From: an uncultured delta proteobacterium
GTDB lineage: Bacteria; Desulfobacterota; Syntrophia; Syntrophales; Fen-1087
Reading direction: 5' to 3'
Length of the DNA stretch: 64,000 bases
Assembly (NCBI GenBank): GCA_963708515.1
Contig: CAVPSX010000011.1
Span: forward strand, 104,710 to 168,709
Shown here piece by piece: positions 9,960 through 20,799 of this stretch. The notes beneath the pieces are model-generated. The model did no database searches, was not told where the DNA came from, and saw only the letters and a program-made list of their open reading frames with translations. The translations under genes were made by a program, and so were the position numbers. Numbering within the stretch: the first letter of the stretch is position 1; every line of letters starts with the position of its first letter.

Positions 9960-10505
9960 ATGATCCATAAAACCATATTTGCCGGTTTCGGCGGGCAGGG
10001 CGTGCTCATGATGGGTTACAGTTATGCTCATGCCGCTATGCATGAGAACTATCACGTCACGTATCTGCCGTCCTACGGGGCGGAAATGCGCGGCGGCACG
10101 GCCAACTGCACGGTCGCCGTTGCCGATGAAGAAATCGCATCTCCGATCGCTTCGGAGCCGGATTTTCTGGTGGTCCTGAACAACCCGTCGCTCTATACGT
10201 TTCAAAACCGTATCGCCCCGAACGGCGCCTTTTTCCTGAACGCATCCATCATCGAGGCGCGGCCCAGCCGCACGGATGTCCGGATTCATGAAATCCCGGC
10301 CGGCGAACTCGCAGACGGCCTCGGTAATCCCCGTGTTCTGAATATCGTGATGATGGGCGCCTATGTCCGCAAAACAGGGCTCGTCTCGGCGGAGACCTAT
10401 TTAAAAAGCCTCAAGGCGATCATCGGAGAAAAGAAGAAATCACTGCTGGAGATGAACCGGAATGCCTTTAAAGCCGGGTATGACTTCGCGGGAGGAACAG
10501 ACTGA
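9960..10505 (+). CDS. 2-oxoacid:ferredoxin oxidoreductase gamma subunit
   Basis: AGFGGQGV, PSYGAEMRGG. Confidence 0.92.
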   Translation: MIHKTIFAGFGGQGVLMMGYSYAHAAMHENYHVTYLPSYGAEMRGGTANCTVAVADEEIASPIASEPDFLVVLNNPSLYTFQNRIAPNGAFFLNASIIEARPSRTDVRIHEIPAGELADGLGNPRVLNIVMMGAYVRKTGLVSAETYLKSLKAIIGEKKKSLLEMNRNAFKAGYDFAGGTD

Positions 10506-10507
10506 TC

Positions 10508-10936
10508 ATGGCGGTCATGCAGATTTCCATACAACTTGACAACGTTCCCGGCGCCCTGACGAAGCTGATCGACATCCTAGACAAAGAAGGCATCAGCGCC
10601 AAGGCCATCTCGGCTGCGAGCACTGATGAAGTCAGTACGCTGCGCCTGGTCGTCAATGACCCCGATAAGGCCGTCACGGTCCTCAAAAGCTTCAATTTCA
10701 AATACGCGATTTATCCGGTCATTGCCGTAGAGGTTCCCTGCCATCCCGGCGGCATGAACGCCGTCGTCAAGCCCCTGAGCGACGGAAATGTCAACATCCA
10801 CTACATCTACACAACCACCGAAAGGCTCGGCAAGGAGACCATCCTGATTCTGGGCGTCGACAAAATCGACGAGGCCACGGATATTCTGAAGCAGAACTGG
10901 ATCAACTTTGTCGGCGACCGCATCTACACCCTGTAG
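10508..10936 (+). CDS. ACT domain-containing amino-acid-binding protein
   Basis: QISIQLDNVPGAL and a second ACT repeat VEVPCHPGG..NIHYIY. Confidence 0.85.
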   Translation: MAVMQISIQLDNVPGALTKLIDILDKEGISAKAISAASTDEVSTLRLVVNDPDKAVTVLKSFNFKYAIYPVIAVEVPCHPGGMNAVVKPLSDGNVNIHYIYTTTERLGKETILILGVDKIDEATDILKQNWINFVGDRIYTL

Positions 10937-10966
10937 ATTATCGAACCGGTTTAGCGGGTCTCAACC

Positions 10967-11401
10967 ATGAGCCTGTTCAATATTTCCCCTGAAAAAGAAG
11001 CCGCCCTGCAGGCACGCATGGACCATCTTGGCGTCGCCGAAAGCGACCTGCGCGAGACCTTTGTCCGCTCCTCCGGTCCCGGCGGCCAGAAGGTCAACAA
11101 AACCGCATCCTGCGTCTATCTCGTTCATGTCCCGACAGGACTTTCCGTTAAATGTCAGCAGGAGCGCTCTCAGGCCCTGAACCGTTTTCTGGCCAGGCGC
11201 TTGCTTCTGGACCGCATCGAGCGCATCCAGACCGGACGGGTCAGCGCCGAGCAGCAGCGGACGGAAAAGATCCGGCGTCAGAAGCGCCGCCGTTCCAAAC
11301 GCGCACAGGAAAAAATCCTGCGAGAGAAGCACATCCAGTCGGATAAAAAAACCCTGCGCGCCAAGGTCACCCCCTCCCCTGCCGGCGAGGATTCCAGATA
11401 A
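10967..11401 (+). CDS. arfB: ArfB-like ribosome rescue peptidyl-tRNA hydrolase
   Basis: SSGPGGQKVNK, QERSQALNR and a basic C-terminal tail. Confidence 0.85.
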   Translation: MSLFNISPEKEAALQARMDHLGVAESDLRETFVRSSGPGGQKVNKTASCVYLVHVPTGLSVKCQQERSQALNRFLARRLLLDRIERIQTGRVSAEQQRTEKIRRQKRRRSKRAQEKILREKHIQSDKKTLRAKVTPSPAGEDSR

Positions 11402-11569
11402 AATTACCGGCATGCGGCATTTGGGATGTTCCCGCATACCAAGCGCCCTATTACCAGGAAATCCTCGGCAAGCGCGCAGGCCATGGACAGTCTGATTGCC
11501 TGCTTGCTGATTCCCGCCGCCTTTACCGCCCCGCTCCAGAAATTGATGCGGCATTGGAAGATCTAAAAT

Positions 11570-11616
11570 AAAAAAGGGAGTGAAAGTCGTTTTGGCGCTT
11601 CCCCTCCCTGTTTTTT
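11570..11616. terminator. bidirectional intrinsic terminator
   Basis: AAAAAAGGGAG...CTCCCTGTTTTTT between convergent arfB and atpE. Confidence 0.7.
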
Positions 11617-11637
11617 ATAATACCTATGACTTGATTG

Positions 11638-12030
11638 TTATGTGATCAGCTTTAAAAGTGGATTGGCGTAAATGACAACAAGCGCAATGACCAGCGCATA
11701 GATCGCCACGGATTCGATCATCGCCAGACCGACCATCATGGTGAGCAGGATTTTGCCCTGCGCTTCAGGGTTTCTGCCAACGGCAGTCGTCGCACCGCTT
11801 AATCCCTGTCCCATACCAAAACCCGCGCCAATGGCACCGAGACCAACGGCCAAACCGGCGGCAAAGACGCTGGACGCCAGCACGATCGCCCTGGTGTAAT
11901 CCACTGTGCCTGCTGCGGCAACCACCTTCTCCGCTGCCATAGCAAACGATGCAAAGAACATCACGAACAGGATCCCGATGACGGCTGTTGCAAACACTTT
12001 TGCGGTTTTTACCATAATTTTTTCTACCAT
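11638..12030 (-). CDS. atpE: F0F1 ATP synthase subunit c with N-terminal extension
   Basis: GxGxG helix, RNPEA loop, MIES..IY carboxylate; start could be 12015. Confidence 0.95.
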   Translation of the reverse strand: MVEKIMVKTAKVFATAVIGILFVMFFASFAMAAEKVVAAAGTVDYTRAIVLASSVFAAGLAVGLGAIGAGFGMGQGLSGATTAVGRNPEAQGKILLTMMVGLAMIESVAIYALVIALVVIYANPLLKLIT

Positions 12031-12209
12031 CCTTTCTTGAGTTTTTTAACTTGATAAAACATGACTGCGTAAAAATCAGATGCTTGCCGCTCCCACCTCC
12101 CTTCCTGAAACGACAATAGAGACCCTGCAAAGCAGGATCGCAAAAACCTGCTTCCCTGCCTTGCGCCGCCTGCCAGATAAGGCCTTTTTGTGCGTACAAT
12201 GTGCCGCCT

Positions 12210-12237
12210 TTTATAATGCAAGGTTATGAATTGTCAA
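12210..12237 (-). promoter_or_regulatory. sigma70-type promoter for atpE
   Basis: Minus strand reads TTGACA-16 nt-TATAAA. Confidence 0.55.
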
Positions 12238-12313
12238 GCACTAATTTGGTAACTTGATCGGCGCATTAATTCTTTGGCAAAGCCGCTGGGATTTATGCTA
12301 TAGGCTTCGGAGA

Positions 12314-12796
12314 ATGGATGACAATCCCATGATGCTGACAGATGAAGAACGCACAATCGGCAGGCTCATTCAGCGGGATCTCGCCCTGACCCGTCGTCCC
12401 TACCGGGAGATCGCAGATCAGACCGGCATGACGGAACAGGACGTCCTGAATGTGATCAAACAGATGCTGGCGTGGAGCCTGATCCGGAAATTTGGCGCTG
12501 TCGTGCGTCACCGGGAGGCGGGTTTTTTCGCAAACGCCATGGTGGTCTGGGCCGTCCCGGAAGATCGCTGTGAACAGGTGGGACAGATGCTGTCGTCTTT
12601 TGCGGAAATCACCCACTGCTACGAGAGGTCGCCCGCATTTGAAGGAAAATACAATCTCTTCAGCATGATCCACCTGCGCAGTCAGGATATCGAAAAAAAC
12701 GTTGAAATAATCGCAACCGCTGCGGGGATACAGGATTATCGGATACTCGCAAGCGAAGAGGAATTCAAAAAGAGCAGCATGGAGTATTTTGCGTGA
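12314..12796 (+). CDS. ahbB: siroheme decarboxylase subunit (AhbB/NirGH, Lrp-like)
   Basis: RHREAG..NAMVVW, ITHCYER, YNLFSMIH, EFKKSSM; overlaps the hemL start. Confidence 0.85.
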   Translation: MDDNPMMLTDEERTIGRLIQRDLALTRRPYREIADQTGMTEQDVLNVIKQMLAWSLIRKFGAVVRHREAGFFANAMVVWAVPEDRCEQVGQMLSSFAEITHCYERSPAFEGKYNLFSMIHLRSQDIEKNVEIIATAAGIQDYRILASEEEFKKSSMEYFA

Positions 12797-14076
12797 ATCC
12801 ATTATCACGGACGCTGTTTGAGAGGGCGAAAAAAATCATTCCCGGGGGCGTCAACAGCCCCGTCCGGGCCTTCGGCGCAGTGCAGGCAACGCCGATCTTC
12901 ATCCGCGAGGCGCGGGGCTCCCGTGTGACGGATGTGGACGGCAATGAATATGTGGATTACGTCATGTCTTGGGGGCCCATGATGCTTGGCCACAGCCATC
13001 CTGCCGTGACCGAGGCGATCCGGCAGGCGGCCGGCAGAGGAACCAGCTACGGGGCGCCGACGGAACTCGAAGTGGAAATGGCTGAAATCATTATTGAAGC
13101 CATTCCATCCCTGCAAATGGTCCGCATGGTCAGCTCCGGTACGGAAGCCGTCATGAGCGCCATCCGCCTGGCCCGCGGCTATACGGGAAGAAACAAAATC
13201 ATCAAATTCGCGGGCTGTTATCACGGCCATGCCGATTCGCTGCTTGTCAAGGCGGGTTCCGGCGTCGCGACGCTCGGCATTCCGGGAAGCCCAGGCATTC
13301 CGGCGGCGCTTGCCGAACTGACGATCACGCTGCCCTTCAACGATATCGACGCCGTGGAAGCGGCCGTTGCGCTTCACCGGGATGATCTGGCCTGCGTGAT
13401 CATCGAACCCGTGGCCGGCAATATGGGCGTGATCCGGCCCAAACCGGGATTCCTCGAAAAATTGCGGGACGTCACCCAGAGACAAGGCGTCCTGCTGATC
13501 TTCGATGAGGTCATCACGGGCTTCCGCCTGACCCACGGCGGGTATCAGAATCTCATCCATATCGAACCGGACCTCACGTGTCTGGGCAAGATCATCGGCG
13601 GGGGTCTCCCGGTCGGCGCCTTCGGCGGCAAACGAGAGATCATGGAAAGACTGGCCCCCGCCGGCCCGGTTTACCAGGCCGGCACGCTCTCGGGCAATTC
13701 CGTCGCCATGGCGGCCGGTCTGGCCACGCTGCAGATCCTCAGGGACAACCGCGACGTTTACGAAATGCTGGACCGCCGCACCTTCCATATCTGCGACGAG
13801 ATGCTGGCGCTCTTCACACAGAAGGGCCTGCCCGTGACACTCAACCGCTCCGGTTCGATGTTTACGATCTTTTTTACCCCGGAGGCGGTTTTTGACTTTG
13901 CCTCGGCTGTCCGGAGCGACACGGAAATGTTTGCGCGGTATTTCCGGGGGATGCTGGCAAACGGCATCAATCTTGCGCCGTCACAGTTTGAGGCGGCGTT
14001 CCTGTCCTTCGCCCATACCCAGGACGACGTGGAAAAAACACTCGATGCCTGCGCGCAAACCTTGAAAACGCTTTAG
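12793..14076 (+). CDS. hemL: glutamate-1-semialdehyde 2,1-aminomutase
   Basis: PGGVNSPVR, SSGTEA, GCYHGH, FDEVITGFR, GKIIGGG, YQAGTLSGN. Confidence 0.97.
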   Translation: MNPLSRTLFERAKKIIPGGVNSPVRAFGAVQATPIFIREARGSRVTDVDGNEYVDYVMSWGPMMLGHSHPAVTEAIRQAAGRGTSYGAPTELEVEMAEIIIEAIPSLQMVRMVSSGTEAVMSAIRLARGYTGRNKIIKFAGCYHGHADSLLVKAGSGVATLGIPGSPGIPAALAELTITLPFNDIDAVEAAVALHRDDLACVIIEPVAGNMGVIRPKPGFLEKLRDVTQRQGVLLIFDEVITGFRLTHGGYQNLIHIEPDLTCLGKIIGGGLPVGAFGGKREIMERLAPAGPVYQAGTLSGNSVAMAAGLATLQILRDNRDVYEMLDRRTFHICDEMLALFTQKGLPVTLNRSGSMFTIFFTPEAVFDFASAVRSDTEMFARYFRGMLANGINLAPSQFEAAFLSFAHTQDDVEKTLDACAQTLKTL

Positions 14077-14117
14077 CACATGGACATTAAAACGAAAGCT
14101 GGCTTTTCTGAAGTGAC

Positions 14118-15455
14118 ATGAAAGAGAAAAAGACCATCATGAATGTCCCTGATTTTGAATCCTTTCTGAATGGGCGGCGTCGCATCGCCGTCGTCGGCCT
14201 GGGCTATGTGGGCCTGCCGCTGGCTATTCACCTGTCGGCTTGTTTTTCCGTAGTCGGTTACGACGTCAAGGAAGGCAGGATTGCCGAACTCAAAGAGGGC
14301 CGCGACCGGACGCTTGAGATCCCGCAGGAAGCATTAAAGAAGACCGCCATCGTTTTCTCCGCCGATGCCGAGGTTTTATCGACCTGCAGCCTGATCATTG
14401 TCGCCGTCCCCACGCCGATCGACGATTCCCGCATCCCGGACCTGAGTCCCCTTAAAAGTGCGGCCACCGCTGTGGGACGGCGTTTGACCGCCGGGTCCAC
14501 GGTCGTCTTCGAATCCACCGTTTATCCGGGCGTCACCGAGGAGGTCTGCGTCCCCATCCTGGAGCGGGAATCGGGATTGAAGCTCGGCAAAGGTTTTACG
14601 GTGGGTTATTCTCCCGAACGGATCAATCCCGGCGATAAGGTCCATACCCTGGACAATATCATCAAGGTTGTCTCGGCGTCAGACCTGGAAACACTGGCGC
14701 TCCTGTCGCAGATATACGGCGCCATCGTCAAGGCCGGCATCTACAAAACATCGGGCATCAAGGTCGCGGAAGCTGCAAAGGTGATTGAAAACACCCAGCG
14801 GGACATCAACATCGCACTGATGAACGAGTTGTCTATTATCTTCAACCGCATGGGCATCGATACGCTGGAAGTCCTCGAAGCCGCCGGCACCAAATGGAAT
14901 TTTCTGCCCTTTCGCCCCGGACTCGTGGGAGGCCACTGCATCAGCGTCGATCCCTACTACCTGACCTATAAGGCGGAAAGCATGGGCTATCATCCGGAAA
15001 TGATCCTGGCCGGACGCCGCATCAATGACAACATGGGGAAATATATCGCCGAGCGCACGATCAAAATCATGATCAACGCCGACATTGCCATACGCAACGC
15101 CCGCGTAGCCGTCCTGGGTATGACCTTCAAGGAAAATATCCCCGATTTGCGCAACACCCGCGTCATCGATATCGTTACGGAACTGAAGGATTACGGCGTG
15201 GATGTGGTCGTTCATGATCCCATGGCCGACCCGGCCGAGGTGGAACAATACTATGGCCTGACCATGACGACGCTTCAGAATATTCAGGGGGTGTCTGCGG
15301 CGATCGTCGCCGTTGCCCATCAGGATTATATAAATCTCGGACTCGCCGGTATCGCCGGTCTCTGCTTCCAGGATCAGCCGATTATCGTCGATGTAAAGGC
15401 CCTCTTCGATCCGGAAGAGGCCCGGAAGCTTGGGATTCGGCTCTGGCGGCTGTAA
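14118..15455 (+). CDS. nucleotide-sugar dehydrogenase (UDP-GlcNAc/GalNAc 6-dehydrogenase, TviB/WbpO-like)
   Basis: GLGYVGLP, ESTVYPG, SPERINPG, GGHCI.VDP, FKENIPD.RN. Confidence 0.93.
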   Translation: MKEKKTIMNVPDFESFLNGRRRIAVVGLGYVGLPLAIHLSACFSVVGYDVKEGRIAELKEGRDRTLEIPQEALKKTAIVFSADAEVLSTCSLIIVAVPTPIDDSRIPDLSPLKSAATAVGRRLTAGSTVVFESTVYPGVTEEVCVPILERESGLKLGKGFTVGYSPERINPGDKVHTLDNIIKVVSASDLETLALLSQIYGAIVKAGIYKTSGIKVAEAAKVIENTQRDINIALMNELSIIFNRMGIDTLEVLEAAGTKWNFLPFRPGLVGGHCISVDPYYLTYKAESMGYHPEMILAGRRINDNMGKYIAERTIKIMINADIAIRNARVAVLGMTFKENIPDLRNTRVIDIVTELKDYGVDVVVHDPMADPAEVEQYYGLTMTTLQNIQGVSAAIVAVAHQDYINLGLAGIAGLCFQDQPIIVDVKALFDPEEARKLGIRLWRL

Positions 15456-15468
15456 AGGAAAAATCCGG

Positions 15469-16479
15469 ATGAGAAACATATTGATCACAGGCGCCGCCGG
15501 TTTCATCGGCTATCATCTGTCAAAGCGGTTCCTTGAGGCCGGCGATGCGGTCGTCGGCCTCGATAATGTGAGTGAGTATTACGATGTGAATCTGAAAATG
15601 GCGCGCCTGGCGCTGTTGCAAGAAAATCCTTCGTTCCGCTTTGTCCGGATGGACATTGCCGACCGCGAGGGCATAGCCAACCTTTTCCGCAAAGAACCCT
15701 TCGAACTTGTGGTTCACCTGGCGGCCCAGGCCGGCGTCCGTTATTCGCTCGTCAATCCCTATGCCTACGTGGACAGCAATGTGGTCGGTTTCATCCATAT
15801 CCTCGAAGGCTGTCGCAGCCGGAACGTGCGGCATCTCATTTTCGCCTCGTCCAGTTCCGTTTACGGGGCCAATACACTGATGCCCTTCTGTGTGCAGCAC
15901 AACGTCGATCACCCCTTGAGCCTGTATGCGGCCACCAAGAAGGCCAATGAACTCATGGCCCATACCTATGCCAGCCTCTATCAGATGCCCTGCACGGGAC
16001 TGCGCTTTTTCACCGTTTACGGACCCTGGGGCCGGCCCGATATGGCCCTTTTTCTCTTCACAAAAGCCATCCTGCAGGATCAACCCATCGACGTGTACAA
16101 TCAGGGCAACATGCAACGGGACTTCACCTTTATTGACGACATAGTTGAAGGCGTTTACCGGGTTTCGGCCAGTATTCCAGCGCCGAATCCTGCATGGCGG
16201 GGAGACTGCCCGGACCCGGCGACGAGTTTCGCGCCCTATAAGATTTACAATATCGGCAATAACAGCCCGGTTGCATTGCTTGACTTTATCGCATGCCTTG
16301 AAAAGTGTCTCAACAGGAAAGCAAAAAAGAACTTTCTACCGCTGCAGCCGGGCGATGTCCCGGCCACCTGTGCAGATGTGGATGCCCTCATGTCTGCGGT
16401 GGGCTTCAAGCCGGCGACCCCCATCGCGGAAGGGATAGAAAAATTCGTGTCCTGGTATCGGGAATATTACCAAGTTTAG
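15469..16479 (+). CDS. NAD-dependent epimerase (UDP-glucuronate 4-epimerase-like)
   Basis: TGAAGFIG, HLAAQAGVRYS, YAATK, YGPWGRPDM. Confidence 0.93.
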   Translation: MRNILITGAAGFIGYHLSKRFLEAGDAVVGLDNVSEYYDVNLKMARLALLQENPSFRFVRMDIADREGIANLFRKEPFELVVHLAAQAGVRYSLVNPYAYVDSNVVGFIHILEGCRSRNVRHLIFASSSSVYGANTLMPFCVQHNVDHPLSLYAATKKANELMAHTYASLYQMPCTGLRFFTVYGPWGRPDMALFLFTKAILQDQPIDVYNQGNMQRDFTFIDDIVEGVYRVSASIPAPNPAWRGDCPDPATSFAPYKIYNIGNNSPVALLDFIACLEKCLNRKAKKNFLPLQPGDVPATCADVDALMSAVGFKPATPIAEGIEKFVSWYREYYQV

Positions 16480-16509
16480 GACAGGCAATACAGAAAGGAA
16501 AGCATTTTC

Positions 16510-17541
16510 ATGAAAACTGCATTCATCACCGGCATCACCGGCCAGGACGGCTCCTATTTGGCCGAGCTCCTGCTCGAAAAGGGATACACCGTGCACGGCC
16601 TGATCCGCCGGGCATCGACCTTCAACACGGACCGCATCGACCATCTCTACCGGGACTTCCATGATCCGCAAGCGCGCATCTATCTGCACTACGGCGATCT
16701 TTCCGTATCGGGCCATCTCACGGACCTGCTTCACGACATAAAGCCCGATGAGGTCTATCACCTGGGCGCCCAGAGCCATGTGCGCGTCAGCTTTGACATG
16801 CCCGAATACACCGGCGATATCACCGGTCTCGGCACGCTGCGACTGCTGGAGGCCATCCGGAAGACGGGGATCAAGACGCGATTCTATCAGGCTTCTTCCA
16901 GCGAAATGTTCGGCGCCGCGCCGCCGCCCCAGCATGAACTGACGCCTTTTCAGCCGCAGAGTCCTTACGCCGCCGCCAAGGTTTACGCCTACTATATTGT
17001 CCGGAACTACCGGGACGCCTATCATCTCTTTGCCTGCAACGGCATCCTGTTCAACCATGAATCCCCGCGGCGCGGTGAAACCTTTGTCACGCGGAAAGTG
17101 ACGCGCGCCGCCGCCCGCATCAAGCAGGGCCTTCAGGACAAGCTTTTTCTTGGCAATCTGGAAGCGAAGCGGGACTGGGGGTTTGCCGGTGATTATGTGG
17201 AGGCCATGTGGCTTATGTTGCAGCAGGAAATACCTGACGATTTCGTCATCGCCACGGGTGAAACTCACTCGGTCAGGGAATTTGTAGAAAAGGTTTTTCA
17301 GAAGCTGGACATGGACTACCAGAAACATGTCGTCATCGACCCAAAATATTTCCGTCCCACTGAAGTGGATGTCCTGCTGGGCGATTCGACCAAAGCAAAG
17401 CAGCGATTGGGCTGGAATCCGAAAGTGGGCTTCGATAAACTAATCGGCATGATGGTGGCTGCGGATATGGAACAAGCCGGCAAGGAAAAAACCCTGTGTG
17501 ATGCGGGCTACAGCTCCACCGGCAATCACCGGGCGATCTAA
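16510..17541 (+). CDS. gmd: GDP-mannose 4,6-dehydratase
   Basis: [35 protein letters not shown]. Confidence 0.97.
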   Translation: MKTAFITGITGQDGSYLAELLLEKGYTVHGLIRRASTFNTDRIDHLYRDFHDPQARIYLHYGDLSVSGHLTDLLHDIKPDEVYHLGAQSHVRVSFDMPEYTGDITGLGTLRLLEAIRKTGIKTRFYQASSSEMFGAAPPPQHELTPFQPQSPYAAAKVYAYYIVRNYRDAYHLFACNGILFNHESPRRGETFVTRKVTRAAARIKQGLQDKLFLGNLEAKRDWGFAGDYVEAMWLMLQQEIPDDFVIATGETHSVREFVEKVFQKLDMDYQKHVVIDPKYFRPTEVDVLLGDSTKAKQRLGWNPKVGFDKLIGMMVAADMEQAGKEKTLCDAGYSSTGNHRAI

Positions 17542-17544
17542 TAA

Positions 17545-17733
17545 GAGTTTTGCATAACCGGCGAAAAATGGTTTGCAAGCGGCGAATATAAGATTTTTCG
17601 ACTTTCCAGAAATTAGACTAATTTTTCGATTTCAAATATGTTTAAGCATTCTCAAGGGGGACATGACGAAGTCGTGTCCCCCTCAACGAAAAAGATTTTG
17701 AGCCGCGGGCGTTGTCCATTTTTCAACGGTCTC
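17545..17733 (+). mobile_element. MITE-like dispersed repeat, copy 1
   Basis: Shares TTTGCATAACCG..AAAATGG.T.GCAAGCGGCGAAT and AAAGATTTTGAG.CGCGG..CCATTTT..GGTCTC with 39220-39383 and, inverted, with 56683-56863. Confidence 0.75.
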
Positions 17734-17737
17734 ATAA

Positions 17738-18713
<976 letters not shown>

Positions 18714-18790
18714 CTTGATTGATTTTACTGTGCGCCTGCTTGTTTTTATTGACTTTCCCCCTTACATTCATGTTATGAAGCGCGGCAGCC

Positions 18791-19075
18791 ATGAGTAAGT
18801 TGGACAAAAAAACGCTCGTCCAGATGGGCTATGCCAGCAGTATCGGCATCGCCATGGTCCTGGCGGTCTTTGGAAGCCTCTTTTTTGGCCACTGGCTGGA
18901 CAAGAAATTCGGGACGCTCCCGTATTTCACGATTATCTTTCTGCTCATCGGCGTGTTCGCCGGTTTTAAAAATATTTACAATCTGATTCTGCGGAATTTC
19001 AAGAATGAAGAACCCGTGATCAAGAGTTTGAAACGTGAATCCCATAGAAAAAGACCCCCTCCAGCGAAAGCTTGA
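18791..19075 (+). CDS. atpZ: AtpZ/AtpI-family ATP synthase membrane protein, copy 1
   Basis: SSIGIAM..G.WLDKKFGT.P..G..AGF.N pattern; followed by atpI. Confidence 0.85.
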   Translation: MSKLDKKTLVQMGYASSIGIAMVLAVFGSLFFGHWLDKKFGTLPYFTIIFLLIGVFAGFKNIYNLILRNFKNEEPVIKSLKRESHRKRPPPAKA

Positions 19076-19445
19076 AATACTCAACTGGATCATTCTGGGC
19101 TTGTTTGTGGCGCTCAGCCTGCTGTTCTTTTCCACCGATTTCACGCTCGGTATCCTGCTGGGTGGCCTCATCAGTGTTGCCAGTTTTTCCTGGCGGCAAC
19201 GGGACCTGCGGAAGGTATTTCGCAACCTGACCGAGCGGGCGCGATCGGCCATTATGTTCCGCTACTACATCCGTTTCTTCGTTTCGGCCGTCCTGATCTA
19301 CCTGATCATCACCCGGACGTCAGCCGACGTGATCGGTCTGCTGGTCGGCCTCTCCATCGTCATCATTAACATTGTCCTGACCCTGCTGATGGGGCTCATG
19401 ATAAAACCCGATCCGGCAGACAAGATAGAGGAGGAAGCACCTTAA
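19035..19445 (+). CDS. atpI: ATP synthase subunit I (4 TM)
   Basis: Four hydrophobic segments, GILLGG, RYYIRF, IGLLVGLS; follows atpZ. Confidence 0.82.
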   Translation: MNPIEKDPLQRKLEILNWIILGLFVALSLLFFSTDFTLGILLGGLISVASFSWRQRDLRKVFRNLTERARSAIMFRYYIRFFVSAVLIYLIITRTSADVIGLLVGLSIVIINIVLTLLMGLMIKPDPADKIEEEAP

Positions 19446-19702
19446 TGAAAAACTTCCTGCACAAAAGACGGCCATCATCACCGGCGCCATTGCCGACAGC
19501 ATTCACTGGCTGCTCGTGCTGCCGCCCCATGTCCATGTCAGAGAAATAATGATCCGCCCTACGGGTCAGAGCTACCCATGACGCCATCAGACATCGCCCT
19601 TTTATCGGAACCCTGCATATTCCTCCTGAGACGAATCCATCCGGACAGGGCGGTTTGAGAAATCACCGACACAGCACCAATATCGTATGGTTGAAAAAGT
19701 TA

Positions 19703-19732
19703 TTGACACAGAAGGCTGTTCCTTTCTAAACT
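19703..19732 (+). promoter_or_regulatory. sigma70-type promoter for the thaumatin-lipoprotein pair
   Basis: TTGACA-18 nt-TAAACT; AAGGAG SD before ATG 19780. Confidence 0.55.
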
Positions 19733-19779
19733 CCGTCCGCAAAAAACGAAGCCCTTATTAATAACCAAGGAGCGCAACG

Positions 19780-20763
19780 ATGCCTACGATCCGGCATGCA
19801 ATTCTGTTCTTCATATGGACTCTTTGGGTTGTTCCGACCGCGATGGCGGCCGGCCCGGTCCCGCACAAGATCACGTTCAAGAACAACTGTTCGCAAACCA
19901 TCTGGGTGGGGCAGGACGGAACAATCCGGGACGGGTGGGAAATGAAGACGGGAAATTCCGTCACAAAAAGCATCCCCGTGGGATTCTCTGGCAGGTGGTG
20001 GCCGCGAACCGGCTGCCACTTCGACGCAACGGGTAAATGTCCCACCGAGGGCGTGAATTGCTGCGACTCGGGGGGGTGTATTACCTCCGATCCAAAATAC
20101 TTTGGTTTGAAATGCAACGGTGGCGGACGCCCGCCCGTATCGCTATTCGAGCCCACTTTTGACGCCCCCAGCGGACACGGACCGATCGATTACCTGGATT
20201 TGAGCGCGGTGGACGGGTTTTCCGTGCCGATGCAAATGGCGCCCAATCCGGGAACCTTTAACCCCAACCCGGACCCCGGGATGAAAGCCGGCATATGGTG
20301 TCAAACCAAGGGCTGGAAGACAAACCCTACCTGCCCTGCAGAACTATGGGACAAAAACAAAAACCTCTGCTGGGGGCCGTGCGCTTATTTTACGACCGTG
20401 AAAGAGGTAAAGACCGGGAAGAACAAAGCCAACATCTGCTGCGACAACACGAATGTGGACTATCCCCCGACTCCGACGAAAAAGTGCGAGAACAATGACT
20501 TCAGTGGCGGTTTTGGCTGCTCGCCATACTCTCCCGGCAATGATGATGAAAGATGCTATGCGAAGGATTCGGGCAAGCATGGCTACTGGGGGGCAATTGT
20601 TGATTCGACATGGCCCGGAATCAAAAATTCCACGCAGTATATCACCAATGTGAATACCGGGATTCCCGGCGTGTACGCCTGGCAGTTCGACGATTTCAAC
20701 AGCACTTACAACTGCAGGAAAACCGGGGGATCCGTAGATTATACGATCACCTTCTGCCCCTGA
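19780..20763 (+). CDS. secreted thaumatin/PR-5 family protein
   Basis: Signal peptide (AMA); ITFKNNC..TIW, SGR.W.RTGC.FD, PP.SL.E, DY.D.S.VDGF.VPM, Y.W.FDD, YTITFCP; 18 Cys. Confidence 0.9.
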   Translation: MPTIRHAILFFIWTLWVVPTAMAAGPVPHKITFKNNCSQTIWVGQDGTIRDGWEMKTGNSVTKSIPVGFSGRWWPRTGCHFDATGKCPTEGVNCCDSGGCITSDPKYFGLKCNGGGRPPVSLFEPTFDAPSGHGPIDYLDLSAVDGFSVPMQMAPNPGTFNPNPDPGMKAGIWCQTKGWKTNPTCPAELWDKNKNLCWGPCAYFTTVKEVKTGKNKANICCDNTNVDYPPTPTKKCENNDFSGGFGCSPYSPGNDDERCYAKDSGKHGYWGAIVDSTWPGIKNSTQYITNVNTGIPGVYAWQFDDFNSTYNCRKTGGSVDYTITFCP

Positions 20764-20799
20764 ATGAACTTAGGGCTTGTGGTTTTTAAAGGATTGACC

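Noticed and set aside
12119-12133. GAGACCCTGCAAAG as a fourth MITE end
   Set aside because: Short match with no partner end or core
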